Below, piece by piece: positions 31,689 to 43,035 of a stretch of DNA of 64,000 nt. Each line of letters begins with the position of its first letter. The first letter of the stretch is position 1. This DNA comes from Candidatus Marinacidobacterales bacterium (GTDB taxonomy: Bacteria; Acidobacteriota; Vicinamibacteria; Marinacidobacterales; DATDRI01), in the NCBI GenBank assembly GCA_965219415.1, contig CBDCNP010000002.1, positions 2,336,001-2,400,000 on the forward strand. The letters are read 5' to 3'. A model generated the notes under the pieces. It was not told where the DNA came from, did not search any database, and worked only from the letters and a program-made list of their open reading frames with translations. The position numbers and the translations under genes are program-made.

Positions 31689-31841
31689 GGGATAGGGATT
31701 TTGATCGCGGGTGCTCCTCGGACGCCGGTGCGGTTTAACCCCCGTGGCTGCGTCTCCCCTCTTTTGGAAGCTGATATCCATCGGTTCTTTCTCCTCTAGA
31801 ATGCTGAGTCGATTCTAGTATACCCATGCGTACGAGTAAGA

Positions 31842-33213
31842 GAGCTACCCTCAGAAGGTGTGGAAATAAAGTAAAGGCGGAGTAACCTTCCGCGTCACGA
31901 AACACGGCGTGAAGGGGCCAACGGAAGGAGACACCGCCATGAAGGAAAAGACCACAAGACGACGGAGCTCGTCAAGGGTGGCTTGGGAGTCGCTGGAGAA
32001 GTGGGCGAGGCTCGAGATCCAGGATTGGGTGCAGGAGCTGATGGTAGCCGAAGTCACGGAGCTTCTCGGGCGTGAGAAATCGGAGAGACGGAAGCCCGTG
32101 GACACAACGGCGGGCTATCGAAATGGATACGGTAAGCCTCGGAAGCTGACGATGAGCGTGGGCACAGTGACGGTTCGCCGGCCGAGAGTACGGGACGTGG
32201 AGGAGAGGTTCGAAAGTCGAGTGCTTCCGCTGTTCAAGCGTCGGAGCGAAACGGTGAGCGAGTTGATTCCGGAGCTGTACCTGCATGGATTAGCTCACGG
32301 AGATTTCGATTTGGCGCTCCGCGGGCTTCTAGGGGAGGACGCTCCACTTTCTCCCAGCACGGTGTCGCGGCTGAAACAGAAATGGCAGGGAGAGTACGAG
32401 CAGTGGCTAGCTCGCCCACTGGACGAACTCGAGCTCGTGTCCCTGTGGGTAGATGGCGTGTACGTGAAGGCCGGCCTTGAGAAGGACAAGGCGGCGGTGC
32501 TAGTTGCGGTTGGTGGCCTGTCCGACGGGACGAAAATCGTCCTGACGCTGGAGGCCGGGCATCGAGAATCCGAAGCGTCATGGTCGTCGCTGCTACGGAG
32601 ACTGAAGAAGCGCGGTCTGAGATGTCCCCGTTTGGTGATCGGTGACGGTCATCTCGGCATCTGGGCCGCGACCCGAAACGTATTTCCAGAAGCTGAGGAG
32701 CAGCGGTGCTGGAACCACCGAATCCTCAACGTACTGGACCGGATTCCGAAAAGGGACCAGGCGCAGGCCAAGCCGCTGTTGACGGCGACCCCCTACCCCA
32801 CCAGCCTGCAGGAGTGCGAGACGAAGAAGGCCAAGTTCCAGGATTGGTGCTTGCGCAAGGGTCTTCCGGGGGCCGCGCACGTGCTCGACGAGGACTGGGA
32901 GCGGATGGTCAGCTTCTATTCCTTTCCCAAGCCTCACTGGCAACACCTTCGCACGAGCAACGTCGTGGAGTCACCGTTCGCTGCACTGAGATTGAGAACG
33001 GATGCGGCCAAAAGGTTCAAGAAAATCGAGTCCGCCACTGCGACAATCTTCAAACTGCTTCTGGTTGCGGAGAAGAATTTTCGCCGGCTCAACGCACCGG
33101 AGCTGATGCGAGAGGTTCACCTGGGCGTTCGATTTGAAGATGGAGACAGGGTAACGGAGTCGTCGAAGGTTGCTGCTGCCTAAACTTTTTTACACACCTA
33201 TTGACAAGAGCTC
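31842..33213 (+). mobile_element. IS256-family element type C, complete; transposase 31939-33183
   Basis: GAGCT...AGCTC ends, 8-bp TSD GAGTAAGA; WVDG, IGDGHLG, QRCWNH, RTSNVVES. Confidence 0.92.
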
Positions 33214-33284
33214 GAGTAAGAGGCTTCAGCCTTGTGTCATACTTGACCTTGTCATTTGGATTGGCGAAAACAAGGAGGCCTGTT

Positions 33285-33652
33285 ATGGATTCTTTTGCCA
33301 ACATAAAAGAGCTGAGTGCCTATTTTGGGAACCCTTGGTTCCAGTCCTTGGGGATCGTCATCCTTTCGCTGGTTCTGACTCTCGCCCTTCGCTGGACCCT
33401 GCGGTTTATCCTGTTGCCATTAGTTCGCAAAACCGAAACTGAGGTGGATGACATTACGATAGGGGCGGTCAAAAGGATTGTGACCTATTTGACTCCGTTG
33501 ATTGGCCTGATGGTGGCCCTCATGCCCTTGTCTTTACAGACACCGATTCCTCAGCGTGCTCTTTTTTCTCTGCTTGCCGTACTGTTGATGCGCAGCGCAA
33601 TGGGGTTCGTTGACGAGCTGTCCGAGTGGCTGAAAACAACGTGGGTGAATCG
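33285..33652 (+). pseudogene. membrane protein N-terminus (MscS-like), truncated by IS256
   Basis: RBS AAGGAGG, TM helices and KTETEVDD loop; runs into the IS end. Confidence 0.55.
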
Positions 33653-35111
33653 GGGGATGTCCCGGCCGCTGTTGAATTTGGTCGGGTAGCGGCGGCACCT
33701 GTGAATACTCTTAGGCAGCAAACTCATCGCTGTCAAGAGATTTCTGTTTGCTTCTAAGCGCGTGAACGAGAGCGCCCATATGGCGATAGCCTTTGATACG
33801 CCGGAACTTTTTCTGCGCGGTGACGACGCCAAGAGCGGTCCATCGGCGAACCATGGAAGGACTCTTCCAACGCTTGAGGTTTCTCGATACTCTGCGAATG
33901 GTTCCGTTGAGATTCTCAATGGCGTTCGTCGTGGCAAGAGACTGGCGAAGTAAGGCGGGCAGCGCGAGCTTCACGACCGTGAGTGTCTCTTCCATCCCTT
34001 CACGAAGGCTTCCGGCAGCTTCGTCGTAGCCGTTTCGCTCGAGCCACGACACCAATGCCTGAAGTCGCTTGCGCGCCTTGTCGGCACTCTTGCACTTGTA
34101 GGCTTCCTTCATCGTCTGGAGCACGTAGGCGTGACGAGACTTGGGAAGGTACGAGCGAAGATTCCGGAGTTTATGGATCTGGCACCTTTGGATGACCGCG
34201 AGGTCCCCCAAAACGTCGACGAGTGCCTTGCGGATGCCTTTGCCTCCGTCCACTACGCAGAGAATCGACTCATCGACGCGCAAGCCCCGCTCGAGAAGGT
34301 CCTGCAACATCGCGGTGCACACCCGAGAGTTCTCCGTCGAGCCCAGCCATATACCCAGGGGCACCTTCGTTCCATCTATTGTGATACCTAGAGTTACGAC
34401 GACGGTCTGTCCGGCCACCTCAAGGCCATCCAGCATCAGTGCCGCAAGCTCGAACTCCTCTAGCCGCCGAGACAGGTATTCCTCGAGCTTCTTAGTCGTC
34501 TGGCTCACGAGGTGACGGCTGGCGGCACTCTTACTCGTGCCACGACTTCAACTTGGCCGCGGGTTTGTTCAGACTCGATTCGTAATTTCGGGTCGATACC
34601 CCCACCAAGATCTGATTCAACACTCGCTCTGGAAGCGGGTCTTCTTCGCGGAAGGCTTCGAAGTGTGGAAGCGACGCCTCCTCGCCCGACTTCGAGCGAA
34701 CTCGAGGTCGCGACACTTGGATGCGACGACCACCGAAGCTCAGCTCTCCGTTCGTGCTCCCCCAGTGGTTATGAGTTCGCTCCTTCTCGTGCTTGCCCTT
34801 GAGCCCCGCGATCTCCTCGGCGTCCTCTCTGAGCAGTAGGTGCAGAGCTGTCAGTCCTTGCTCGTACACCCATTCCGTCAGTTCCGCCTTCGTGGCCGCG
34901 ATCCCAGCTATCATCGGTAGCAGTATCTGACCGACTTGGCCAACTACCTTGCCCGTAGGCGAGTGCGTTTGCTTTCTTACTGGCTTCTTTGATTTCCTAG
35001 GCATTGGTGGCTCCTTGTCCCCCTCTGGAGACGGTTGTTTGGCAGACCTAATTCTTAGGCCGGCCAAGGAGCCGCCGCTACCCCAAATTCAACATCCGGC
35101 GGGACATCCCC
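33653..35111 (-). mobile_element. IS256-family element type D, copy 1 (2-bp deletion at about 34545, no TSD)
   Basis: GGGGATGTCCCG IRs; near-identical to 44333-45793; flanks GTGAATCG and GAACACGA differ. Confidence 0.92.
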
Positions 35112-35936
35112 GAACACGAAGTCGTACTCCTTGTTGGCATTCAGATGGGTCAGGTAGTAAGCAAGAAGTTCCTCCTCGCCAGCTGCGGACAATACGATGC
35201 CGGTCTTGATACAGTTTTCCTTTTTCATGAGATACGCTGACAGATCAGCCACCGTATCCAGCGTCTTCAGGAGAATCTCAAATGTCGTGTCGTCGAGAAC
35301 GTGGACGTAGCCTTTGGTGGAGTCCACTTGGCCAACCATGAATGGGACGCCACCCTTCTCGCGTGGCAGCGTGTGGGCGCCGCCGACAACAGATGAGTTC
35401 AACATCAGACTTCCACTTCCGCCTAGTTCACGAATGCAACGAGCGCCGGCTCCATGCGCTATCACGATTCGGTGAAACACGGTAGTGGGCGTGGTAACGA
35501 GGGACAGCGGAAACTTCTTGGTGCATTTTGCGTCCAAAAATACCCTGTCAGGATGAGCCCGAATCCACCGCTCAGCACCCCACGATTGACGAGCGGACTT
35601 CTCAATTGCGCGCCGATACCAACGCGCCCAATCTAGGTCGAGATTGGCTGAATTCGGGAACTCGCAATGCTTGTCGGAGAAGATGATAATGTTGTTTTCG
35701 AAAACGACCAAGAGGTCGCAGATTTCCTTGCCACCCTCGTCGCCCTCGGCCTGATCTCGGAAGGGATTCGGATAACTCCAGAGAGACAGAAAGGTGCGTT
35801 TGCACAACTCTCTTAGATAACCTTCCGATGGCGTCACCGCTTCTGCTGGCCGAACATATTCAGTGTTGACCGGATAGCGTTGCTCCGCCAGTCGCGCCAG
35901 TCGACGCTCTCGCTTCGCTCGGCTCTGTCGTCCCAT
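35112..35936 (-). pseudogene. hypothetical protein with PD-(D/E)XK/NERD-like nuclease motif, 3'-truncated by IS256
   Basis: SEGYL...KEICDLLVVFENNIIIFSDK...SARQ; C-terminus replaced by IS sequence. Confidence 0.55.
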
Positions 35937-36144
35937 ACTGGATACCGTCAGACCATCATCGGCAGGGCGGGAGTTGGAATAAATTCCTGGAGACACTGGT
36001 CGGTGCTTGCTCCGTAGCTGAAGTCCGGTGGCGTTAAAATCTGATGTAACCTATTGCACTACAAAGTCTTCCCCTTATGCCCGTAACAGTCAATGACGCA
36101 AGCATCAGAAAGTATGCTAAATTATAAACTATAGGCACCTATAG

Positions 36145-36509
36145 GTGAATATGCGACAATTGTTTTCTACAGCAGAAGTCGCTGCGATGGCTGGCATACA
36201 CCGGGACACGCTCTTGCGGTGGTTACGAGAGCGGACCGTGCTGGAGCCATGCCGTGACCGTCATGGCTGGCGGGTCTTCACGGCTCGGGAAGCAGCGGCC
36301 ATCGCGGCTTTCGCCAAGGGCAACGAACAGGAAATGGCAATACCACTCGACGATGAAACCGCTATCACCCGATTGGAAGCGATCGAGTGGGACTTCGCGA
36401 CCGCCAAGACCGGGTATCTGACGCACGGTCCACATCCCTATCCCGCGAAGTTCATTCCTCAAATCCCGAATGCGCTCGTCCAGGGAGTTGTCATCAGTCG
36501 GAGAGACGA
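36145..36509 (+). pseudogene. MerR-like HTH fused to a DNA (N4/N6) methyltransferase N-terminus, truncated
   Basis: STAEVAAMAGIHRDTLLRW...GWRVF, then WDF...THGPHPYPAKFIPQIP. Confidence 0.72.
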
Positions 36510-36603
36510 TCCGCTGAGTGCGTTTGAAAATGCTCATGGGGAACCTCGTATCCGCGAGTACAGGACAATTGTGGACCGAGATCGCGAGTTGTGCACCAAG
36601 GCA
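36510..36603 (-). mobile_element. left-end fragment of the IS5 element found at 46927
   Basis: Near-exact reverse complement of 46927-47020, including the IR. Confidence 0.9.
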
Positions 36604-37242
36604 GCCCTGAGATGATTAACGACCCGAACTTCGAACTCGACGAAGCCAGCTATGGGGATATTGCAGCCTGGGGAATGGCGGGAATGATTGCGGGAAAACT
36701 CCTTCCCGGAGTGATTGCAGATTGGCTCGGTGGACGGAGAGTATTCTTGATGGCTCTCGCTGTCACAGCTTTTCTCGCAGTTGCCTTTAGCTGGGGCACC
36801 TCTACGACCATTTTTGCCACTATAAACTTCCTTCTGCTGTTTGCAATGGCAGCGAGTTAGCCCTCCATGGCAAGTATCATCTCCGTATGGTATCCGTCGA
36901 CGAAATACGGAAGAGTGTGGTCGGCGCTCTCAACGAGTTCTCGTCTGAGTGCTTCCTTGTCGCTGATGCTGTTGGGAACGCTGCTCACCGTGTTCCCTGG
37001 CAAAACGTATTTCGCACTGCGGGGATCATGAGTCTATGCGTAGTAGCGCTTATCTTTTTCTATCTCAAAGCGAACCCAAAGGACGTTGGGCTTCCGGCCC
37101 TAGAGGATCAAGTTGCGCCGGATGGTTCTGGTAGTCAAGGCGAACCAAATGCTGACCAGAAATCACCTCACTTCCTAGATGACAAGAATCCGGCCGAAGC
37201 ACTGTGGGCTTTCGCGAGAAGTGGACGTTTCTGGCTGATGTG
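36604..37242 (+). pseudogene. second, inverted copy of the MFS transporter (partial, nonsense TAG and frameshift)
   Basis: EMINDPNFELDEASYGDIAAWG...NPAEALWAFARSGRFWL; lacks the IS3 insertion. Confidence 0.88.
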
Positions 37243-37428
37243 CTCGAGTCGGCTACGTCAAAAGAACCATCTGTGCTTCGCTGCCCCCGTAATTGGCACA
37301 GGTATTGGCGTGCGTCACCTGAGTCCGATGTCGAGGAGCTTCACCCTCGACCTATTGATGACGTTGGCGGGCTCGAGGCAGCGGTGAACGATCTAGGCGC
37401 GGTAGGCCTGGCTTCTATACACTGGCGA

Positions 37429-40400
37429 ATGGAGATGGCGATGAATGCGATTTGCAGTGTCACCCGAGTCGGTTTAAGGATGTTCTCCACTACGGTTGTT
37501 GCCCTCCTTGTCCTGTTTGGATTCCCCGATGACTCTAGTGCTGGCGAGGGAATGGGCCTAGTCGTCCCCACTGAGTATCCTAGCGCGGATACCAGCTTTC
37601 TTTCGGCCCTCGAGTGGCGGTTCGTGGGACCGTACCGCGGGGGACGTGTCGTTGCGGTGGCGGGAGATGCCAACGACCCCCTCGTCTTCTATTTCGGGGC
37701 CGCCCACGGCGGAGTGTGGAAGACCACCGACGCCGGGAGCCATTGGCGGAACGTGTCGGACGGCTTTTTCAGATTCCCTGCGGTGGGTGGCCTGGACGTA
37801 TCGCTATCGGATCCCAAGGTGATCTACGCGGGGACGGGCGAGGGGCTTCAACGGCAATTCATCTCGCCCGGAGACGGGGTATACAAATCCACCGACGGTG
37901 GAGAGACGTGGACCAACGTGGGCCTTCAAGAGACCCGGCACATCGCCAGGCTCCGCATTCATCCAACTAATCCCGATATCGTGTACGTGGCGGCAATGGG
38001 GGACATGTTCGGCCCCAACCCGGATCGCGGCATCTATCGAACCACGGATGGAGGACAGACGTGGGAGCAGATCCTGTATAGAGGCGAGACTTCCGGCGCC
38101 GTAGATCTAACGATTGATTCTACAAACCCACAGGTGATCATCGCGGCCCTGAACCACCATGTGACGTACCCGTGGGACGAGGAAAGCGGCGGACCCACCA
38201 CCGGCCTCTTCAAGACCACGGATGGCGGAGACACCTGGACGGACATCACCCGCAACCCCGGCATGCCAAAAGGCCTCGTCGGGAAAATCTGCATCGCCAT
38301 CTCACCGGCGCGCTCCAGCCGGGTGTATGCGTTCATCGAGGCTGACGCGGGCGAAGGCGGGATCTACCGTTCCGACGACGGCGGGTCCATCTGGCAGATG
38401 ATCCATCAAGACCCTGGCAAGATGGAGATCCCTAACTCCTACAACCACATCACCGCCGACTCCAAGGATCCCGATGTCGTCTATATCCAGCCCATCACCG
38501 GTCTGCTGAAGTCCACGGACGCGGGCCGGACCTTCAAACCTGTAAGAATGGAGAACTGGGACCCTCATGCGCTATGGATCGATCCAAACGACTCTCGCCG
38601 GATGATCGAAGGAGGGGACGGAGGGGCCTCGGTGACGTTGAACGGAGGTGAGTCCTGGTCGAGCCTGGAGAACCAGCCTACGGCCGACCTACTCAGTCTA
38701 GCGGTGGACGACCAGGAGCCCTACTGGATCTACGGCGCTCAGAATGACAATAGCCATATTGCGATTCCAAGTCGGACCGACGATCGGTCCATCGGATGGA
38801 TGCACTACCTTCCCATTCCAGCCGGCGAGGGCGGACAGACGGCGGTGAAGCCCGACGGCAGCGTGGTCTATGCAAATGATCGGTCCAGGACGGTCCGTTT
38901 CGACCGGCAAACCGGGCAGGCTTCGCACATCAGCGTTTGGCCCGAATGGGTGTTCGGAACGCCGGCCAAAGACATCAAGTACCGTTTCTACTACTCGTTC
39001 CCGGTACTCCTCTCGGCGCACAATCCTGGCGTGCTCTACACCGCCGCCCAGTACGTCTTCCGGTCCACGGACGAAGGCCAATCTTGGGACCAGATTAGTT
39101 CCGACCTCACGCGGAACCGCCAGGACGTGATGGGTGAAATATCCGGAGGGCCCATTAGTTCCAATGCGTCCTCGCTTTTTCACGTGAGTCTCATCCGGAC
39201 CATTGCCGAGTCTCCCCTCAAAGAGGGTGAGCTCTGGGTGGGCACCGACGACAGTACCGTTCAGCTATCGCGAGATGGTGGCGGCAGTTGGCTGGACGTC
39301 TCGCCGCCGGATCTCCCCGAATGGACCACCATCACCGCCATAGACGTATCTCCCCACCAGCGGGGGACGGTTTATATCTCCGGTGGACGGCACAGGGTAA
39401 GCGATCGCACACCGTATCTCTATAAGACCACCGACTACGGCAACACCTGGAAGCGAATCACCAAAGGGATTCGGGAAAATGACTACTCGTGGGTCATCCG
39501 CGAGGATCCGGTCCGCCCGGGTCTCCTCTACGCGGGAACAGAAACTGGCGCGTACGTTTCCTTCGATGCCGGGAACTCCTGGCAGTCCCTACAACGCAAC
39601 CTGCCGCCGGCGATGGTCATGCAGATGCTCGTGAAGGACGATGACCTAGTGGTGGCAACTCATGGGCGGGGCTTCTGGATTATGGATAACATCTCGTCCC
39701 TGCGCGCCATCACCCCAGAAGTCGCATCGGCCCCGGTGTATCTGTTTGAAGTAGTTCCCGCTCTCCGTCAACTTCGGGGAGGGAGAGGATGGACGGAGAT
39801 GAAGACCTCGGACGTCGGGAAGAACCCGCCGCGCGGGGTGATGATCGAATATTACCTGGCCCAAGAACCCGCCGGTGATGTGATGTTCACCATCACGGAT
39901 GCGGGCGGCGAGATCATCGAGCAATTCCCCAGCAGGTCGAAGGAACGCGGTAGCCCCTCCACCAGGGCAGGAATGAACCGATTCCTCTGGGACATGCGAT
40001 ATCCGGGTACCCAGATGCCCCCGTCCCCTGGAGCATTGAACGGTTTTATGAGCGTCGATTACTCACCGCCCGCATCGCCGATTGCGCCTCCCGGACGATA
40101 CTTCGTCCGACTCTCCGTGGACGGACAGGCTTACGAGCAGCCTTTCGAGATCCGGAAAGATCCGAGAGTAAAAGCCAGCGATGCCGATCTCAAGGCTCAG
40201 TTCGACCTCATGGTTGACATCCGGGATCGGTTTTCGGAAGTGGCCGACGCCGTGCTCAGAATCAGAGAAGTCCGAGCCCAGCTTGACGGGCTTCGGGCTG
40301 AGCTGCCAGAGGATTCCAGGGTCAAGGCCGACGGGATCCTAGAGCAGTTCAGGCAGATCGAGGGCATTCTAACCATATGGATGGGGTCCGAGGCCCACCC

Positions 40401-40590
40401 TATGATGTGGAGCCCTCCGGGGTTGACCGAAAAGCTAAGCTCGCTCTCAAGGGCCGTCGGCGCGGCGGATGCCAAACCCACGGAATCGATGTACGCGGTA
40501 TTCGAGGACCTCTCGGAACGCTTCGAGGTCCAACGGAACCGGTTGAACCAGGTCATTGACGAAGAGGTTGGGCCCCTGCTGTCCCGCTGA
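37429..40590 (+). CDS. VPS10/BNR repeat glycosyl-hydrolase-like protein, copy 2 (intact)
   Basis: Close paralogue of 17958-21163; homology starts at ATGGAGATGGCGATG; likely start 37429 or 37441. Confidence 0.88.
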   Translation: MEMAMNAICSVTRVGLRMFSTTVVALLVLFGFPDDSSAGEGMGLVVPTEYPSADTSFLSALEWRFVGPYRGGRVVAVAGDANDPLVFYFGAAHGGVWKTTDAGSHWRNVSDGFFRFPAVGGLDVSLSDPKVIYAGTGEGLQRQFISPGDGVYKSTDGGETWTNVGLQETRHIARLRIHPTNPDIVYVAAMGDMFGPNPDRGIYRTTDGGQTWEQILYRGETSGAVDLTIDSTNPQVIIAALNHHVTYPWDEESGGPTTGLFKTTDGGDTWTDITRNPGMPKGLVGKICIAISPARSSRVYAFIEADAGEGGIYRSDDGGSIWQMIHQDPGKMEIPNSYNHITADSKDPDVVYIQPITGLLKSTDAGRTFKPVRMENWDPHALWIDPNDSRRMIEGGDGGASVTLNGGESWSSLENQPTADLLSLAVDDQEPYWIYGAQNDNSHIAIPSRTDDRSIGWMHYLPIPAGEGGQTAVKPDGSVVYANDRSRTVRFDRQTGQASHISVWPEWVFGTPAKDIKYRFYYSFPVLLSAHNPGVLYTAAQYVFRSTDEGQSWDQISSDLTRNRQDVMGEISGGPISSNASSLFHVSLIRTIAESPLKEGELWVGTDDSTVQLSRDGGGSWLDVSPPDLPEWTTITAIDVSPHQRGTVYISGGRHRVSDRTPYLYKTTDYGNTWKRITKGIRENDYSWVIREDPVRPGLLYAGTETGAYVSFDAGNSWQSLQRNLPPAMVMQMLVKDDDLVVATHGRGFWIMDNISSLRAITPEVASAPVYLFEVVPALRQLRGGRGWTEMKTSDVGKNPPRGVMIEYYLAQEPAGDVMFTITDAGGEIIEQFPSRSKERGSPSTRAGMNRFLWDMRYPGTQMPPSPGALNGFMSVDYSPPASPIAPPGRYFVRLSVDGQAYEQPFEIRKDPRVKASDADLKAQFDLMVDIRDRFSEVADAVLRIREVRAQLDGLRAELPEDSRVKADGILEQFRQIEGILTIWMGSEAHPMMWSPPGLTEKLSSLSRAVGAADAKPTESMYAVFEDLSERFEVQRNRLNQVIDEEVGPLLSR

Positions 40591-41222
40591 TGGAGGGTGG
40601 GCGATTCAAGGGCCCGGCAGGTGCTGGCGTGACTCGTCACTCTAGCTAGTACCCGTCCTGAAGCCTGTAAGGGATTGAGAAAAAAGGAGAAATCGCAAAT
40701 TCAGGGCTAGTCTTCTGAGGGGGTGTCGATTAGGATCGTGTCGTTGAAAACATCCGATTCTAAATGACTTAACTCCAAAGGAGACCAGCTGTGCCTTCTA
40801 TTTATTCATCCGCGCGCACCGAACTTGATTAGTCTCCGGTCTGCCGGCACCATGCCGGCATGATTTCGTCGTTGGTTCCCGCTCTCGTCTCTAGAGGACC
40901 TAGAATCGAGGCCGGGGCTACCGCGGCGCAGCGGGCTAGCACGTTCTGGTCCAGGTGCGGCCCGGGCCTGGACCCAAGTTTCCGCTCGGGAGCGTGGCAT
41001 CCCCTTGCTGGACGGTGTTTTCCCTGCGCGTACGGGGAACTCGAATCGCCGACATCGTCTCCGACCCCCAGATCTGGGGCTCGCCACGGGTTGATGACGA
41101 TCGAAACGGCCCCGGCGCGCCGATCTTGAGTTCGTTTGTGTTTTTGGACACAACGAGATAGGCCGCGCCTACGGAGCACCGCGCCAGCCCTCGACCCTAC
41201 CGCGCTTCTCCGTACTGCCTTC

Positions 41223-42035
41223 CTAGAGGTCGATGTCGACACCGACTGGGCAGTGGTCGGAGCCCCGCTCGTTGGGCCAGATGAAGGCGTCCTTCAACCG
41301 TTCCATCGCGCTCGGCGACGCGAGGACGTAGTCGATCCGCCACCCGACGTTCCGCTCGCGCGCGCCGCTCCACTGCCGCCACCAAGTGTAATGGTCCGGC
41401 TGGTCGGGATGCAGGGCGCGAAAGGTGTCCACCCAGCCCGCTTCGAGCCAGCGGTCGAGCTCGACCCGCTCCTCGGGGAGGAACCCGCTGTTCTTGACAT
41501 TGGATTTCGGGCGAGCGAGGTCGATCTCGCGGTGCGCGGTGTTGAAATCCCCGATCACGAGCACTGGACATCGGCGCCGCAGTTGCTGCGCCCGGTCGAA
41601 CACAGCCCGATAGAAGTCGAGTTTGTAGCCGACCCGGCTGTTGTCTCGGTCCTTCCCGCTTCCCTTGGGAAAATAGCCGTTTACAACCGCGAACCGCCCG
41701 CGATCGGTCCGGAAGTGAGCAGCGATGAACCGGCCCTCGATATCGAACTGAGGCTCTCCGAGGGAGGTCTCCACTAGAACGGGCCGGAACTTCGAGTAGA
41801 TGCCGACACCACTGTATCCCCGGCGCTCGGCTACCGCGAACGCGGCGTGCCAGTCGGTCGGCGTCCGTGCGGCGGAAGGGATCTCCTCGGGTAGCGCGCG
41901 GACCTCTTGGACGCCGAGGATGTCGGCTCCAGACCGGTCCAAAAAGTCCACGAACCCGCGCCGCACGCAAGCGCGAATCCCATTTACGTTCCAACTCACG
42001 ACCCGCATCGGTTCGACCTCCGCCACACCAACCAC
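41223..42035 (-). CDS. xth: exodeoxyribonuclease III (AP endonuclease)
   Basis: SWNVNGIRA, QEVR, GYSGV, GDFNTAH, GWRIDY, SDHCP. Confidence 0.93.
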   Translation of the reverse strand: MVGVAEVEPMRVVSWNVNGIRACVRRGFVDFLDRSGADILGVQEVRALPEEIPSAARTPTDWHAAFAVAERRGYSGVGIYSKFRPVLVETSLGEPQFDIEGRFIAAHFRTDRGRFAVVNGYFPKGSGKDRDNSRVGYKLDFYRAVFDRAQQLRRRCPVLVIGDFNTAHREIDLARPKSNVKNSGFLPEERVELDRWLEAGWVDTFRALHPDQPDHYTWWRQWSGARERNVGWRIDYVLASPSAMERLKDAFIWPNERGSDHCPVGVDIDL

Positions 42036-42186
42036 TAGACGTTCGTCAGGCCGCTCTTAGTAGATGGTGTCCCTTCCATAAACTCGAGCTGCATGAGATT
42101 GGCAAACTGCCTGCAACCAGGACGCTTTGGTCGTCTTCATGTAGGACGTTTTGAGAGCCGGCGTCGGCTCTACTCAGGGGTAGAGG

Positions 42187-42510
42187 TGTAAGCTGGTGCA
42201 AAGTCCAGCAGCCGTCCCGAGCAGATCGGACTCAAGCAGCGCGTCGAGTGTAATGATAATGGAGACCACCGACCTTTGGAATGGCACTCACTTTGCCCAT
42301 TGCTGGCGACTCTACGCGGCGAGGCTCGGGCGCGTCCTTCTCAAGCGACAAATGAGTCCGGCACGAATGATAGTAGTCGACGTATTTGCGTAGGATTCGC
42401 CTCAGGTGCTGCTCCGTCGAGGACGATCACATGGTCAAGACACTCACGTCGAATGGAGCCGATCATCCTTTCGACTAATGGATTCTGTCACGGGGAGCGC
42501 GGTGCGGTAA
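42187..42510 (-). mobile_element. degraded rve-integrase-type IS remnant
   Basis: Minus strand QNPLVERMIGSIRRECLDHVIVL; TGT-starting end-like sequence at about 42187. Confidence 0.6.
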
Positions 42511-42562
42511 GGACTGCTCGTCGTGCCGAAGCGTCGGGAAGGACGGCTTGCTGTCGGAGGAA

Positions 42563-43035
42563 CTAGCCCTTCACGCAGACGATCTGCTTGAGCCGGTGGA
42601 CGATCTCTACGAGGTCGCTCTGTGCCTCCATCACGGCGTCGATGTCCTTATAGGCTCCGGGAGTCTCGTCGAGAACCCTCACGTCCTTGCGGCACTCGAC
42701 CCCGGCTGTCGCCGCGGCGTGATCGTCTAGAGTGAAGCGCTTCTTGGCTTCGTTGCGGGACATGACGCGCCCGGCACCGTGACTGCACGACTCGAAGCTC
42801 TCACGGTTTCCTTTCCCCCGGACGATATAGGAGCGCGCCCCCATGCTTCCGGGAATGATGCCCAGGTCGCCCCGCCCCGCCCAGCCCGCACCGCACCCTT
42901 CCGCGTGACGAAAACCTCCGACCCGTAGTGGTGCTCCTTCGCGACGTAGTTGTGGTGGCAATTGACGACTTCTTTCTTGGGTCGAAACGCGGGCACGAGG
43001 CCGGTATCGTGAACCGCCTCGACGACCGCCTCCAA
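42563..43035 (-). pseudogene. rtcB: RtcB RNA ligase C-terminal fragment (frameshift from a 5-bp duplication near 42875)
   Basis: NCHHNY, TRKGA, IIPGSMG, SHGAGR, DETPGAYK, CVKG. Confidence 0.88.

Noticed and set aside
37204-37428. N-terminal extension of the 1128-aa ORF
   Set aside because: It begins inside the MFS pseudogene; homology with copy 1 and the signal peptide start at or after 37429.
37429-40590. VPS10 duplicates as a diversity-generating retroelement TR/VR pair
   Set aside because: Whole-gene duplication, differences are not adenine-specific, and there is no reverse transcriptase.
41015-41043. GTGTTTTCCCTGCGCGTACGGGGAACTCG (and CTGTTCCCCGTGTGGGGAG near 6598) resemble type I-E CRISPR repeats
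   Set aside because: Single degenerate copies, no spacer periodicity and no cas genes.
40650-41220. Intergenic stretch with short ORFs and a possible IS end
   Set aside because: No recognisable motif, paired inverted repeat or credible protein.
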